The translations under genes and the position numbers were made by a program. The notes under the pieces were generated by a model, which worked only from the letters and a program-made list of their open reading frames with translations, did not search any database and was not told where the DNA came from. This document shows, one piece after another, positions 26,790 through 39,899 of a stretch of DNA of 64,000 bases (position 1 is the stretch's first letter; the number at the start of each line of letters is the position of its first letter). Origin of the DNA: Girardia tigrina (Eukaryota); the NCBI GenBank assembly GCA_001938485.1, contig MQRK01219517.1, positions 1-64,000 on the forward strand. Direction: 5' to 3'.

Positions 26790-27447
26790 ATAGACTATGA
26801 ACGTCAAATGAAACCATAAATTCAATATTTGTCAATGAAACTCAACAGTCACAATTCTGTTTACTTGGCCCATGAAAATCCGCATGAAATCCTACAAAAA
26901 GAAGTCCACGTAGTTGGTGTCGCAGTTTGGATTGGAATCACTGCCTCCGGTCTGGTAGGGCCGTTTTTCTTTGAAGGTTCTGTGACAGATGATAATAATA
27001 ATAACAATAATTTTATACCCTGTGTGAAGAACTGGCCGCTTGGGGAGTGTGGTTTCAACAAGATGGTGCACCTCCCCATTACAGCATTGTAGCGCGAAAC
27101 TGGCTCAACGACAACTTTCCATCGAGTATCCTCCTCACTCTCCAGACCTTACTCCTCATGATTTCTTCCTTTGGAGTGTGTTAAAGAATTCAGTGTATGC
27201 CAAAAAGCCGGGAACAATAGATCAACTTGTGGCAATGATGATGAATTCTTGCCCAGAAATTAGTGATGATTTATGCCGAAGTGCTTGCCATTCTGTCGTT
27301 CGAAGGACTCCAAAATGCATTGAAGAAGGTGGTTAATATTTTGAGAATTTACTCCGTTAGATTATGTACACAATTTTAATGTAATAATAAATTGAATTTT
27401 TAAAACCTGTATCGTTTTGACTGCCCGGTGACTTCTGACTCACCCTG
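26790..27447 (+). mobile_element. Tc1/mariner-superfamily transposon 3' part (rosa/DD41D-like)
   Basis: VWIGITASGLVGPFFFEGSV, FQQDGAPPHY, YPPHSPDLTPHDFFLWSVLKNSVY; terminus CACCCTG followed by TA. Confidence 0.75.
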
Positions 27448-28002
27448 TATATATTTTAATTAGTCAATTTTATTCAAGTATATTAAAATAATTGTTCATA
27501 AGGTACTGAAAAAAACAAATTCATATAATCAAAAACGCCATTGGGGTCAGAAAATTTATCAATTAAAATGTTCCGTTTTTTGCGATATATTTTGGTAGAT
27601 TTACCTCCGTCTTTAAGTAAAACTTTTCAATAATTGTACTACCTTATTTAAATTGTGATTACTTAATCAATTTATGTAATAACTAATTAAATACGTTCAA
27701 CAAAGTGGAAAGGAGGCTTGTTTGAAAATTAGTTGATTGATTAAGTGATTAATCAATAATGCCTCACCAAAGACCTCTCCCAATAATTTTTAAAATTACT
27801 GTACAGTAAAATAACTATTATTCTTTATACAATGCGTCAAAATTATTCAAGAAATAGATCATTCATCTTATGATTCCTTTGAAATTGTGGAAACTAAATA
27901 TTAACCGTTAGATTTTCTGAACCACATACATAAAGATGATGACATTAAGCAATCAGAAAATTCACACTCTTCAGAAAGAAATGTAAAATTCAAGATTATC
28001 AG

Positions 28003-28513
28003 TGTGAGGAATATTATCGAATGATGTTTATTGTATGTCGTGTTTTATATGTTTTTGTAGGATTGTGTTTCTCTCATCCAGATGGAAGATTGATATTTTG
28101 AATGTTTTGAATTGTCGGAATTTTCGGAACATTTTGAAATGTAAATAAAAACTTTAAAATTAAATTAATATATTTTAATCAATTAATATATAATAAAATT
28201 TTAATTAAAATATTTAAAGTCTATTTGAAAGTGAATTAAAATATTCTAGTCGTGGATTGTAACTTAAAGATCAACTTAATTATAGATAAGGCATTTAAAA
28301 TGAATTAAATATTTTTAAAAATATATTTTGTAATATTTGTTTAAGGAATTGTAATTTGAAAATGTTCGAATATTTAGAGTTTTAGAAATAGAATTTAAAT
28401 TTATCAATCAAGAACTATGGCTAGCTACAAACGTTTTATGGAGAATTATCCAGGAGGCCATTCGAGGTGTGATGTCAATAAAAGAATTGGAAATCATATT
28501 AGTGTTCTTAATA
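28003..28513 (+). mobile_element. Solo LTR, TSD ATCAG
   Basis: TGTGAGGAATA...GTGTTCTTAATA flanked by ATCAG at 27998 and 28514. Confidence 0.85.
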
Positions 28514-30018
28514 ATCAGAAAAAAACGTTTTTGAAAAATTTGAAAAAAACTAACGATTCATTCTCAATGTATTGAACTTAACAAAATAATTCTTCTAAAC
28601 GTGTTCTATGTTCAAGGAGATCATACAGTAATATTTTATTAATAATTCGATTTGTCGGTTCATGACAAATGACTGTAGAAAAAGTAGCTGTATGTTAATG
28701 AAATTATTACATCCCAGTTTGACTTACAAGTCAAAATTTTGCTTACTATTTCAAACTTTTAGTTATGTCAAAGAACATAATACAATCACGAAGTCTTTTC
28801 TAAATTGTTTTGGTGAATGTCATCCTATAACCGGAGAATCAAATAAAAAGACTCTAACTAATAATCTCAAGAACTTCTCCTCCATGTCATTCTCCACCTT
28901 TCTATAATGTCTTTGCTTGAATTTAGTGTACAAATAAGCGAATATCCTTTTCTGCTCAACTCTATTCCTTTTTTAAACACCATTAGTCTCTTAAATGCAA
29001 TCCACCAAACAGTATTCTCCAGATTCCTATTAAATAATTCCAAATATTTGCAAATAATGTTTGATTGTTTCGACCAAAAAAAATTTCAACATTCTTAAAT
29101 ATGAATGAGTGAGAGAGAAAGTGGGAGAATGACTGTTTAAAAAATTGTGTCCCTGGACGAAATTCTTGCTACAAAAACCGAAAGACTATAAAAAACAGAT
29201 CACTCTACAAGTATTGTACAATTTGTTTTTACATCTTCATTATAAATCTGAAGAAGTATGTGAATTAAAAAAAACTAGTTTTCAGAATTAAATGCCAATT
29301 TACTGACATATGGCAACAATCATGGAAAGTAAAAATGCATTGCCGATGTCGGATTTGTGTACATCGTTTGTATATTTTCTGAATCTCTCTCCAAATTCTA
29401 TTAGATAATTTGTATTCCTTTTTGGGGAATCTCGTTTTCTTCTACCATCAAGGGACTGCACGAGTGCATTTCTGTGCGAATGACTAAGGCGCGAGTTTGT
29501 TCCTAATTTCCTTCTTCAAATTGGCGTGCTGGTCATTGATTATTATTGATTTGAGCACACAGAAATGTTATTTATATCAATATCAATTCCTTAGGGAAAA
29601 TAATAAATGAAATAAGAATGTACAAAAAACAAACAATATTTATTCTAAGGCTGGTTTTTTCAGACAACTCTGTTGTCTTAAATGATATGGGCATATATTC
29701 CATCAATAAATATGATTTATTTTTAGTCATAATAAATCTTCTGTGTCTCTTATGGATATACTACCGTCAAGGGTCATTAAATAGACATGATTACGTATAA
29801 CAAAGGGGTAACCTTTTCCTGATTGTCTTCTTCGTAGATAAGACAAAATAAAAATTCTATCAATTCTAATACCTTTTTTTTAATTTAAGTAATAATGATT
29901 TTGATGACACCATTTAACTATACTTGTATTTTATATCCTCATTAGTATTTATAAATGTATAATATTAATTTGATATTTTTAAATAGATTTTTTCAAGCAC
30001 CTTTTTTAAAAAATTATC

Positions 30019-30061
30019 GTTAAACATGTTTCGATCAGCTAATTTCATCATTTCCGGCAAC
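30019..30061 (-). ncRNA. Degenerate hammerhead motif
   Basis: GTTG CCGGAAA T GAT..ATC GAAAC AT GTT TAAC; core heavily mutated. Confidence 0.35.
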
Positions 30062-31242
30062 TTTATATTACGGTAAATTTTAGTATGTATAGGAACCCAA
30101 AATATTAATATGGGAAAGTAAAGCAGCCTCAACATTAAATATCTTCAATTAAAATATCTATATATAATATGATATAAAAATAATTAAATTAAAAAAAATA
30201 AATATTATCCAATACATTTCANNNNNNNNNNNNNNNNNNNNNNNNNNNNNNNNNNNNNNNNNNNNNNNNNNNNNNNNNNNNNNNNNNNNNNNNNNNNNNN
30301 NNNNNNNNNNNNNNNNNNNNNNNNNNNNNNNNNNNNNNNNNNNNNNNNNNNNNNNNACACTCTTAAAATTTTTGAATATTTAAAGTAAGAAAATATCTAA
30401 AATCAAAAGTTTTTGAAAGGAATCCTTATTAAAAAATAAATTTAAAAAAAATAAATCTCAAAATAATTTAATGAAATTTTATTTGATAAAAATGTAAGTT
30501 TAAAATTATTCGTTAAATAATTTAATTTTAAAATATGAATAATTTAGAGAATTATTTGTAGTTAAATTCTGTAAATTTTGAAATTTATTTGAAATTAAAT
30601 TTTATAAAATATTGAATGTATTTCTATAAAATTATTGTAACTAAAAAGAAAATAGAATTATAAATTCAATTTGTAAAAATAACGATTTAAATAAATAACT
30701 TATCAGTATTTATATTTCAGTATTTTGATGTATAATGAATCTGTTCAAAAAGAAAAAAAGAAAGGTTCCGCAACAAAAATTGTTTAAATAATTTTATTTG
30801 TTATAAAATAAAGTTTTGTGTTTCAATGAATTCAATTCTTCATCAAGAACCAAACCACCACAACAACAATAATAATAATAATAATAATTTTTAAGAAAAC
30901 TCGCGCATTGATTACAGAATTTACTACGATTACCATTTGAACAATTTCTATGACAATCGGTATTAGTGCTTTTACTCATATTCATCGATCAAAAGATTAA
31001 TAATCTCCATCACAAAATCTGAACTAATTTGAGAATACATATTTTTTTGAAAATATTTACTAAAAATTTAATTGGTTTCAATTAAAATGACTAATTATTT
31101 TTTAAAATTATTAATTTGATTAAAAATTTTAAATAAATTAATAAAATCATTTAAAATTCACAATCCTAATTAATGAAAAATAAATTCAAACATGAAAGTT
31201 AAATACAAATTAATTTAGTTTTAGATAATAAAAATTAAAATA

Positions 31243-32731
31243 CTTAGTTTGTTCCAAAAGTCCTCAGGTGGCCTTTAGAAACATATTTTACCAAATTTAA
31301 CCAAATTTGGACTGAATATTATTCAGACTGTCATAAATACTGTGTTAAAATTTCAAAGCATAAAATTAAAAAAAGTAAAATTTTGTTTTATTAAAGTATT
31401 GAAATTTTAAAAGTGCAGCGAATTCAAATGAAGCGGTTTTTAACAATGGAACCAAATAAATATTGCCAACGTTTTTTTGTTCTAACTCAAAGTAAAAGAG
31501 GATTCTCTGCTTCAGAAATTCTTCAGCAACTTCATCAGGTATGGGAAGACGCAAATCACCCAGCACTGAAAACTATTCAACAATGGTTGACTGATTTTAA
31601 AAAAGAAAAGCGGACGTCCTTCGATGATTCATCAAGAAGTAGCAGGCCGTCATTAATAGACAATGAAAAGATTAAAGCAGTCAAAGAAGTGATTGATGAA
31701 GCTCCAAATGCGTCTTTGCGTTATATTGAAAATGAACTTTCTTTAGGAAAAAATACAGTCCACAAAATTTTGCGTGAAAAACTTTATTACAAAAAAGTTT
31801 GTCCTGTATGGGTCCCTCACGAACTTTCTGCTGCTAATAAACAACAACGCATTAACACGGCAAAGCATATACACCAAGTAATTTCATATATGGGTGATGA
31901 AGAATATTCCAACATAGCGATCGAGGATGAGACATGGGTCTTTTTCCAAGGTAGAGGAAAGAAAGAAGATCACAAATTTTGGATTCTTTCTAATGCTGTT
32001 CCACTAAAAGTGATAAAGCCATTGCTAATGACTGATAAAAAATCTCTTGTTTTCGTAACCTTTACCTGCAACAAACGTTTTAATGTAAAAGCACTGCCAT
32101 ATGGTACCAAGATTGATTCCGAGGCGTATGTGAACTTTGTTCATGACACCNGTGAAAAATGGCGGAAACTTAGATATAACAGCATCAAGCTAAAGGAACT
32201 TAAGTGGTGGCATGATAATGCAAGACCTCATTCTAGCAAAGAAACAACTCTTTTTTTGAAAGAAGAAAAATTGAAACAATTTATCAATCGCCCTATAGTC
32301 CAGATTTTAATCTGTGTGATAAATTCTTGTTTTCAAAAATGAAGAAAAGTTTTAAAAATCATGTTTTCAAATCACATGAAGAAATTGAAGAAGCTTGTAA
32401 ATTCTTTTTGAATTCTTTATCAACAGAAACATTAAAAAATCAACTAGATAAACTTTTTAACTATTGTCAGTGGGTTATTGACAACAATGGTGAATATGTT
32501 GTTGCTTAAGAAATATTTAAAATATTTTTTAAATAAATTTTTAAATTCACTGCATCTAATTTTTTTGTTGGTTAATAATATTATTTTTTTGGTAAGTTTC
32601 AAATTTTTTGCTTTGAAATTTTAACACAGTATTTATGACAGTCTGAATAATATTCAGTCCAAATTTGGTTAAATTTGGTAAAATATTAGTGTGTTTTTAA
32701 AGGCCACCTGAGGACTTTTGGGACAGTCTAA
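31243..32731 (+). mobile_element. Near-intact mariner (DD34D) with ~125-bp TIRs
   Basis: Inverted repeats ~31244-31368 / ~32600-32731 are nearly identical and enclose a transposase. Confidence 0.92.
31446..32509 (+). pseudogene. Mariner transposase (~354 aa) with one frameshift
   Basis: WVPHEL, EDETW, HDNARPH, YSPDFNLCD. Adding one T to the T7 run at 32251-32257 restores the ORF and D34D spacing; one N at 32151. Confidence 0.88.
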
Positions 32732-34016
32732 TTAATCATTGATCTGAGTAGGAGGCAATCCCAAATCGACACATAACATTCAAACACTAAACATTAACAT
32801 TCAGATATAATAATAATAAGAAGAAGAAGAACTTTTTATTTATAACTTTGGTGAATTTTATTAATTTAAAATTCTTATTATAAAATTATTATAACTCAAA
32901 AATAAAGTTTTAAAGAGATATGATTATCAGGAAATCAAATTACAAATCCATTTTGAAAGGAAACAATTTATTAATAATTTCGAGAATTCTAAGTTACCAA
33001 GTAATGCTTAAATAATATTAAATTATAGAAGAGAGTCTGAGTTATTCTTACAGGCGGCAGCGATGAGAATGATTTATTTGTCTTGTATCCAACACAAAAG
33101 ACATTATGTTTCAGTCTTTGTATAATGTGTCTCTCACAAATCAGTTTTATAATTCTTTTTCGTGGTTAAAGAATCACATTAACATTCTTCTATTCTTTTC
33201 TCTAATAATTTTTATCGTTTTGATATGTTTCTATAATTACTATTATAATAGATTTTAATAACTGCTATTATTCAGATTTTCCAATTGAAAATATCGTATT
33301 AACCTAATTTAAATATCAATTATACGTTTATTCATTAATATATATAGGCTTTATATTATATATTTTAGATGAATACCAATTTTATTACCTGAATTTATGA
33401 TAATAACAAAACTTGATATAGTTAAATTGCAAATGTATCAATATATAAAATTATGTACCATGCATTAACGTTGTAAATTTATATATTTTAATAGGGATCC
33501 TTATTCAAATTCTTTCTTCTAATTTTTTTTAAGCTTCTTCAAGAAATTAATTATTGAACAAGTATCGAAGTTTCATACACCATAATAGGCGAAAATAATC
33601 TGTAATATTAAAAAATAATGTTTTTGAAAATTGAAATTGTTGTCGATAGATTTACTTTTAAAAGAATTAAATTGTCGTCATTTTGCGTGTTTTTCATGAG
33701 ATTTCTGATCTAAGTCCCTTTGATCATGTTGACTATTGATGTTTTATACTGATGATGTTAATATACTTGTATTAGATTTAACACAACATACACCAGAGAG
33801 ACTTCCCGTCATCTCTGCAAAGGGATCAAAAAACAAATACAATTGTATAAAAGTCGATATATTGCTAAATATAATTTTCAATAAGATCGATTGATCTGAA
33901 AATTAATATTCAAGCCTTATACTAAATTTTTATGTTAAACAACTTAAAAAGGAACCTGAGGACATTAGTTTATCCATGATATTTCTTTCATTAACCTCTT
34001 AATGTGTTATGCAGTA

Positions 34017-35092
34017 TGTTAGGAATTAAAAATGTTAGGAAAATTTTTGAAAGAAAGTTATATTAAATATGTACAAATTAAAATTTTTATATAATTAAAT
34101 ATGTAACATTCGAAAAAATAAAATTACTAAAATTAAGATCAATTAAATTGCTAATAAAATTTTTTGAGAGTTTTAATATAATATAAAAAGTAAAAAAACG
34201 TGTATAATTTTTATGTGAAACGATTTTAAAAAAAGTAATAAAATTAAATGAAACGATTAAATATTTTAAAGTGTTATCGTAATTTAAAAGTGATTACAGA
34301 AGAAATAAAAAAATCAAATATGAATATTTATATGTATTTTTATCTATATCGGTTTAAGATTTATAAAACAAATAGTTTCTCAAAAAAATATAATAAAAGT
34401 TTTAATGTCTGATACTAATAATTCTGACGTTTTTCCAAGAACCACTAATATGGCGGCCTTTGCCACAAACTCGGACCAATTAATCTCCAGATTGATTCCG
34501 GAGCATTTTAAACGGGATGACGATGTCGAAGTATTTATTACGAGTTGTANNNNNNNNNNNNNNNNNNNNNNNNNNNNNNNNNNNNNNNNNNNNNNNNNNN
34601 NNNNNNNNNNNNNNNNNNNNNNNNNNNNNNNNNNNNNNNNNNNNNNNNNNNNNNNNNNNNNNNNNNNNNNNNNNNNNNNNNNNNNNNNNNNNNNNNNNNN
34701 NNNNNNNNNNNGCCGTAGAATTTCAAAGAACAACGGAGACGACAGCAGAATTTTTTGCTAAAGCAAGGAAGATGGCTGAAGCGATAGTATCATTTCAATG
34801 GACGGTCGAAGAAGTGGAAAAATGCATGTTGTTAAATTGTAATAACGATAACGAAACAAAGAAAGAAATAAAAATGAGGGATATCCAAGAAAAAGAAGAA
34901 AAAAATCAAGAAAAAATCAAATATGAATATTTATATGTATTTTTATCTATATCGGTTTAAGATTTATGAAACGAATAGTTTCTCAAAAAAATAAATTTGT
35001 TTAAATATTAGATTTAAACATTTTTTGTGGTATAATAAAAGTTTTAATGTCTGATACTAATAATTCTGACGTTTTTCCAAGAACCACTAATA
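34017..35092 (+). mobile_element. Internally deleted LTR retrotransposon, TSD CAGTA
   Basis: 5' LTR 34017-34450, PBS-like TGGCGGCC at 34451, gag-like fragment, partial 3' LTR ~34912-35092. CAGTA at 34012 and 35093. Confidence 0.85.
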
Positions 35093-35917
35093 CAGTATAT
35101 TTCCATCATGAACAAAATCAATGCAAACTGAATGGATAAATACATATGCTTTTTGAATCTCCATGAATCTTAGTGTATTTGTTGAATATGTCCGCTTGTA
35201 TATGCATAAAACATTTGATATTGATTGATGAGTCGCAGTAACCAACTTGTCTTAGCTTGTTCATAATAATTTTATCATATATAAAATATAACATATATGT
35301 GCGCTGGTGATGAAAAGTTCTTCTGACTAAAGTGCGCTTTTATCGTCCGAGATAATAATGCTTATGCGGTTAATTAAGTTTGATGATAGCCAAAATTCTC
35401 ACAAAATTACTTATAGAAATAAAGTTTAAAAAATCGTTCTGAATTTAAAACATACACTAGCAAAACATTCAACGGAAGAGTCACAGATCTAATTATTAAC
35501 AATTAAAAGTTTTATAAAATAATGATTTATCTTTGTAATTGTAACATAGAGACTGAGCCACCAAATAAAATGAATGGAGAAATACAAATAGATTTCGCAA
35601 TGTAGATCTATCTTCAGCCTTGAATAAAAACTTTCCCTAAAGCACTATAAATAAGGTATTATAAACCATGTTTAACCTTCCAAAATTGTTCTTTTTGGAA
35701 GTAATTATTTTCAGTTTTACTTTTATATTAGTACAAACTAATTATAATTTACAGTATAAAATTCTAATACTGTAAACCAAAAATAAAAAAACATAAAAAA
35801 TTCATAAAAACAAAAATAATAAATAATAATAAATTCATCAGGATATATGCAATTATACTGAGATTTATGATTTCCAAAAGGTTTCAAGGGGTTCGATGTT
35901 CAAGGATATTATAGGAA

Positions 35918-36764
35918 CAGGCGCGTACTCAGGGGGACTATAATGTAATATATTTCTGCGTATATGAGTTTTGAATTTTTAAGTTAAAAAAAATTTAGGA
36001 TTAATTATTATTAAAATAATAAAATTTATAATACCATCGAAATTCAACTTTTGTTAAAAATAAAATTACATAAATTTATACAATAATTATAAAAGCATAA
36101 ATCTTCTGGGGTTCTTCGCTAAAGTGTTAAAACCTCGTCAGTCTCTTAGGAAGCACATAATTCCTGGTGAATGTTCATTATAGCTAAGCCATTCAATCCC
36201 TGCTCTGATGTCGTGTTTCGTAAGCAAGTCTTGATTCTGCGTAATATAGAAAAAGATCGTTTAGCTGTGGCTGTTGTTACTGGTAAAGTTGCAAATAACC
36301 TCAACATATTGTGAATTGTAGGATATAAATGAAAGTTGCAAATATTCAAGCAATGAATAATGTCCATTGAAAGATATTTTTTATTTATACAATTACGCTT
36401 CTACATCGTCACTTCATCAAAAATACATCTTTAGTGCATTTAATATCATTCGGCTATTGTTTATGACTGGCTGTTATCTGCAGCATGTTTAATGTTTTGA
36501 GGAAGAACAATTTCTATGATCTGAAAAACATATATTCAGTTAAAAAACTTAGAGGTAATTAAGATCATAATTGCAATTTTCGGGATATGATTTTCTTAAA
36601 TTTGCAAAATATTAATTAATTTGGAGATTTAACAAAACTTAAATATTCTAACTTATTCTTATTAATATGTAGTAAAAAAACATAGACGTAATTAAGATCG
36701 AAATATTAATTTTTTTCGGAGGGTGTTTTATCCAATCTTATTACCCCCCCTGCGTACGCACCTG
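35918..36764 (-). mobile_element. Internally deleted hAT transposon
   Basis: TIRs CAGGCGCGTACTCAGGGGG / CCCCCTGCGTACGCACCTG, degenerate 8-bp TSD, hAT dimerisation motif TLPVTTATAKRSFSILRRIKTCLRNT. Confidence 0.85.
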
Positions 36765-37963
36765 TAACAGGAAGACATATTCCGGTTGTGTTATCAATGA
36801 GTTATATGGTCAGGTCAAAAAATACTTTTTGATTTTTAAATAAAATAATAAATTAAATAATAAACTATTTTTCTAGTGATTATAAATAAAATAAAAAATA
36901 AAATAAAAATAAAATTAAGTCGAATAGACTCAACCCTTGACTTAAAGGTCACAATGAACATCTTTTAAAAGGCTCGGTTTGGGAGGATTTTCGGTCTTTT
37001 AATTTCCAAATAAAAATTTAAACTGAAATTATTTTATTTTCTGTTTATTAAATTGATTAAAAATTATATATAAATTATATTTCCCAACCGAATAAAAAAG
37101 TCAATCTCGATAAATATATGAAAGTGCTGTAGTCGATAATTGAGAGGATAATTAAAGTTAATAATTTCATGAATAATCAATTTTTTTGGGGAAAATCCAA
37201 TGATAAAATAATTGCCGGGCATCTCCCTAGGACCTCAATTGCAAATCCAGTTTCCTGTATTGGTCTCTTCCAGCAATTTCCTCCCAATGATTTATTCGTT
37301 TGGTTTTGTTTAATAATTTTCATTTTAATTAAATTTGTTATTAGTTGAACAAACAAAATTCAGTGACATCATTAAATTATATTAAACTTTATTATCGAAG
37401 CATTTTAATTGTGAAATACATTTTTTTTGAAAAAAATAATAATTATTAAAATGTAATAATTGTTGTAAATAGGACAAAACGTTTTATTTAATTTAGGTAT
37501 TTTTCTTTAAAATATTATATAAGTTTTTAATTTAATATGTTTACATTTAAAACTTATCGAACAAATAATATTTCCATGCTTTAACCAAATATTTTTTTCG
37601 TAAAATTAAACGGAGCACACAGAATTTTAAAGTCATTTATGTTAATACTTTCGTTTGAATTTCAAACTTTTCGGTATTATGCAATATTACTTCCTCCCAC
37701 ATTCCGACCATGTTCTTGTATTGTAGTCTGAGACATATCTCTAATGTTTGTGACATTACATGTCTTCAGTGTGCTCAGTTTAATAAGTGTTGGGAGAGAG
37801 TGGCTTGTGAAGAACTACATATCAAATCTTTAGATTCTAAGATTAATGTGAAAACGGTTCTCACGACAATCTTATTGAGTGTGTTTAGATTACACAATTA
37901 ATCATTGATTTTATAATCACTGCTGGCCTATAGAAGTAGATTTAAAATTAATAATTTCTTTAT

Positions 37964-38002
37964 GACCTGATCATAATGGTTATACTGTCGAAATTAATTG
38001 TA
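37964..38002 (+). ncRNA. Degenerate hammerhead downstream of PLE endonuclease remnant (~37790-37860)
   Basis: GAC CTGATCA ...CTGTC GAAAT; G8 changed to C. Upstream RVACEELHIKSLDSKINV. Confidence 0.4.
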
Positions 38003-38249
38003 GATGGAAATAAGTTTTTTTGTGAAATTGGTGTCTTTTTATTTTAAGCATTCCTTAAAGAAATAATTATTATGTGTCAAGTATGAAATTTGCAGGCATC
38101 ATTATAATAAATTCAAATAGCTATCATTTAACAATGACTTAACATTTTGCTGTACAGTTTTTAATCTTTGATTGCTACATATCTTGGCTGTAAAACAATC
38201 AATTAAAATAATTAAAATTATTGATAACTTGTTTTAATAATCAATATTT

Positions 38250-39671
38250 AAAAAAAATTGAAAATGCAGAAATTTCGAACCTCAGAGTCAGCAACCATAC
38301 TAAACATCAATAGTGTATTTAAATACAATTCTAGGACAGTCTCAAAAATGTTCAAGAAATTCGTAAAAGATGATTTAAACTCAATAATGAGGCTCAGGTT
38401 CACAAAAGTAGACAATGACGAGCTGAAGGTAACCGTTGAGTTAGATTCATCACAAAGTAGTTATTATTAACATCACAATTTGAATGCAAACATTTATTTA
38501 CAACACAAACAGATTATTCACAACAATGTTCAGAGGTCATCTTTCTTTGACTGATATAGTTTTTGATTAAATATTCAAATATGAAAAAATCAATAAATGG
38601 GAAATTTTAATATTACATTTTAATTTCTCATAATTTTTATTGGATAAAAAGACATTATGTAATTTTTTTAAATAAACATTAATTTTTAAAATATATTAAA
38701 TTTAATAAGTTAAAATCGTTTACTGAAAATATTANTAAAATTCATAATTATCAAACTTTAATTAATTAGTACTTAAAATTAATATCATTAAATTAATTTC
38801 ATTGGATTCAAATAATCAATCAATAAACATATCAATCCCATCTGAGTAGGAGAGTCACAAATCTAAACAGCATACAAACAACAAACTTACAACATTCCAA
38901 ATTATCCCTCACAGTCATGATTTATTTTTAACGTTCGCTTTTACAAAGCAAACAATATTCAATCGTTTGGGTTAAATTGGTAACGTGTAAAAGTTGTATA
39001 ATTGTATTCCACTGGAGTTGAATGAACAGCAGAAACAAAAGCCTTAGAATCCTTGCTTGATGATGCTTTCTCGTTATAAATGTGAACACTTTTTGAATGG
39101 AATCGTCACTTTTAATAAAAAGTGAAACAATATGATAATCCCAAACGTTCAGCAAGCGAAAGGGATAATAGTGAAGCTTAAAAACACATTTTAAAGCCCA
39201 AAACTCATTTAAAAAGCTGATTGTAATCCAGGTTTAATCCATTATACCTTCATGAAATCTGGTTCGTCGATTACAGCAGATGTCTACTGCAATTAATTAG
39301 AAGATATGATATGGAAAATCAAAAAAACAGTCACGATTGGTAAACAGGTCGAAATGCATAGCACATCCTGTACTTAAGACAGTGACAAAGCTACAGCTAC
39401 TTGAGTTGGAAATTCTGCATCATTTATCATACTCACTAGACTTAGTCCACACTGAATAACATTTCTACCTCAATCTGAAAACCTTTTGATAGGAAAAAAT
39501 TAAATTCCGAAGATGTCGTAAAAATCGCCTTTCAGAAATTTAAGGATTCCCACCCACTAAAATTTTATTCAAATGGTAAGTGTATCGATAATGAATGACA
39601 AAAATATTTGTATCGGTAAATTACCAATAAACGTTGCCTTAAGTTCTACTAATTTCATATGTGACACATAA
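38250..39671 (+). mobile_element. Decayed mariner interrupted by a solo LTR
   Basis: KVDNDELKVTVELDSSQ before the LTR; IPLELNEQQK, YDNPKRS, ITADVYC, LHHLSYSLDL after it. Boundaries approximate. Confidence 0.7.
38465..38913 (-). mobile_element. Solo LTR, TSD GTTAT/GTCAT
   Basis: Minus-strand TGTGAGG...GTTAATA; similar to 54312-54762. Confidence 0.75.
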
Positions 39672-39899
39672 TATATGATATATTGTTTATTGAAAGAAAA
39701 AATTATTTATTTGATAAATGAAGATAATTTTAGAAATTTTCAATATGTTTATAATTATATTTTTGTTCAATTTAAATCTACATTTATTGAGAAAAATATT
39801 ATTTTTATATTTCTTTTAGTTGGCTAGAATTTTTAAAACAAATCTAGTCAAAATATGAAATAAATTCAAAAATATTTATAAATATGACTTTCTATTCAG

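Larger units (their letters stand above)
30888..32812 (-). mobile_element. Old solo LTR split by the mariner insertion
   Basis: Flanks join as ...AATTAAAATA|TTAATCATTGATCTGAGTAGGAG, the reverse complement of LTR 52944-53382. Outer ends approximate. Confidence 0.6.
6672..39899 (+). other. 33.2-kb phase-0 intron of Kv2 gene
   Basis: GTGAGT...TTTCTATTCAG. Splicing gives ...SIAAQ|[13 protein letters not shown]..., colinear with Kv2.1 SVAAKILAIISIMF. Confidence 0.88.

Noticed and set aside
28650-29100. Possible LINE RT C-terminal remnant (minus strand)
   Set aside because: Suggestive only; no core RT motif.
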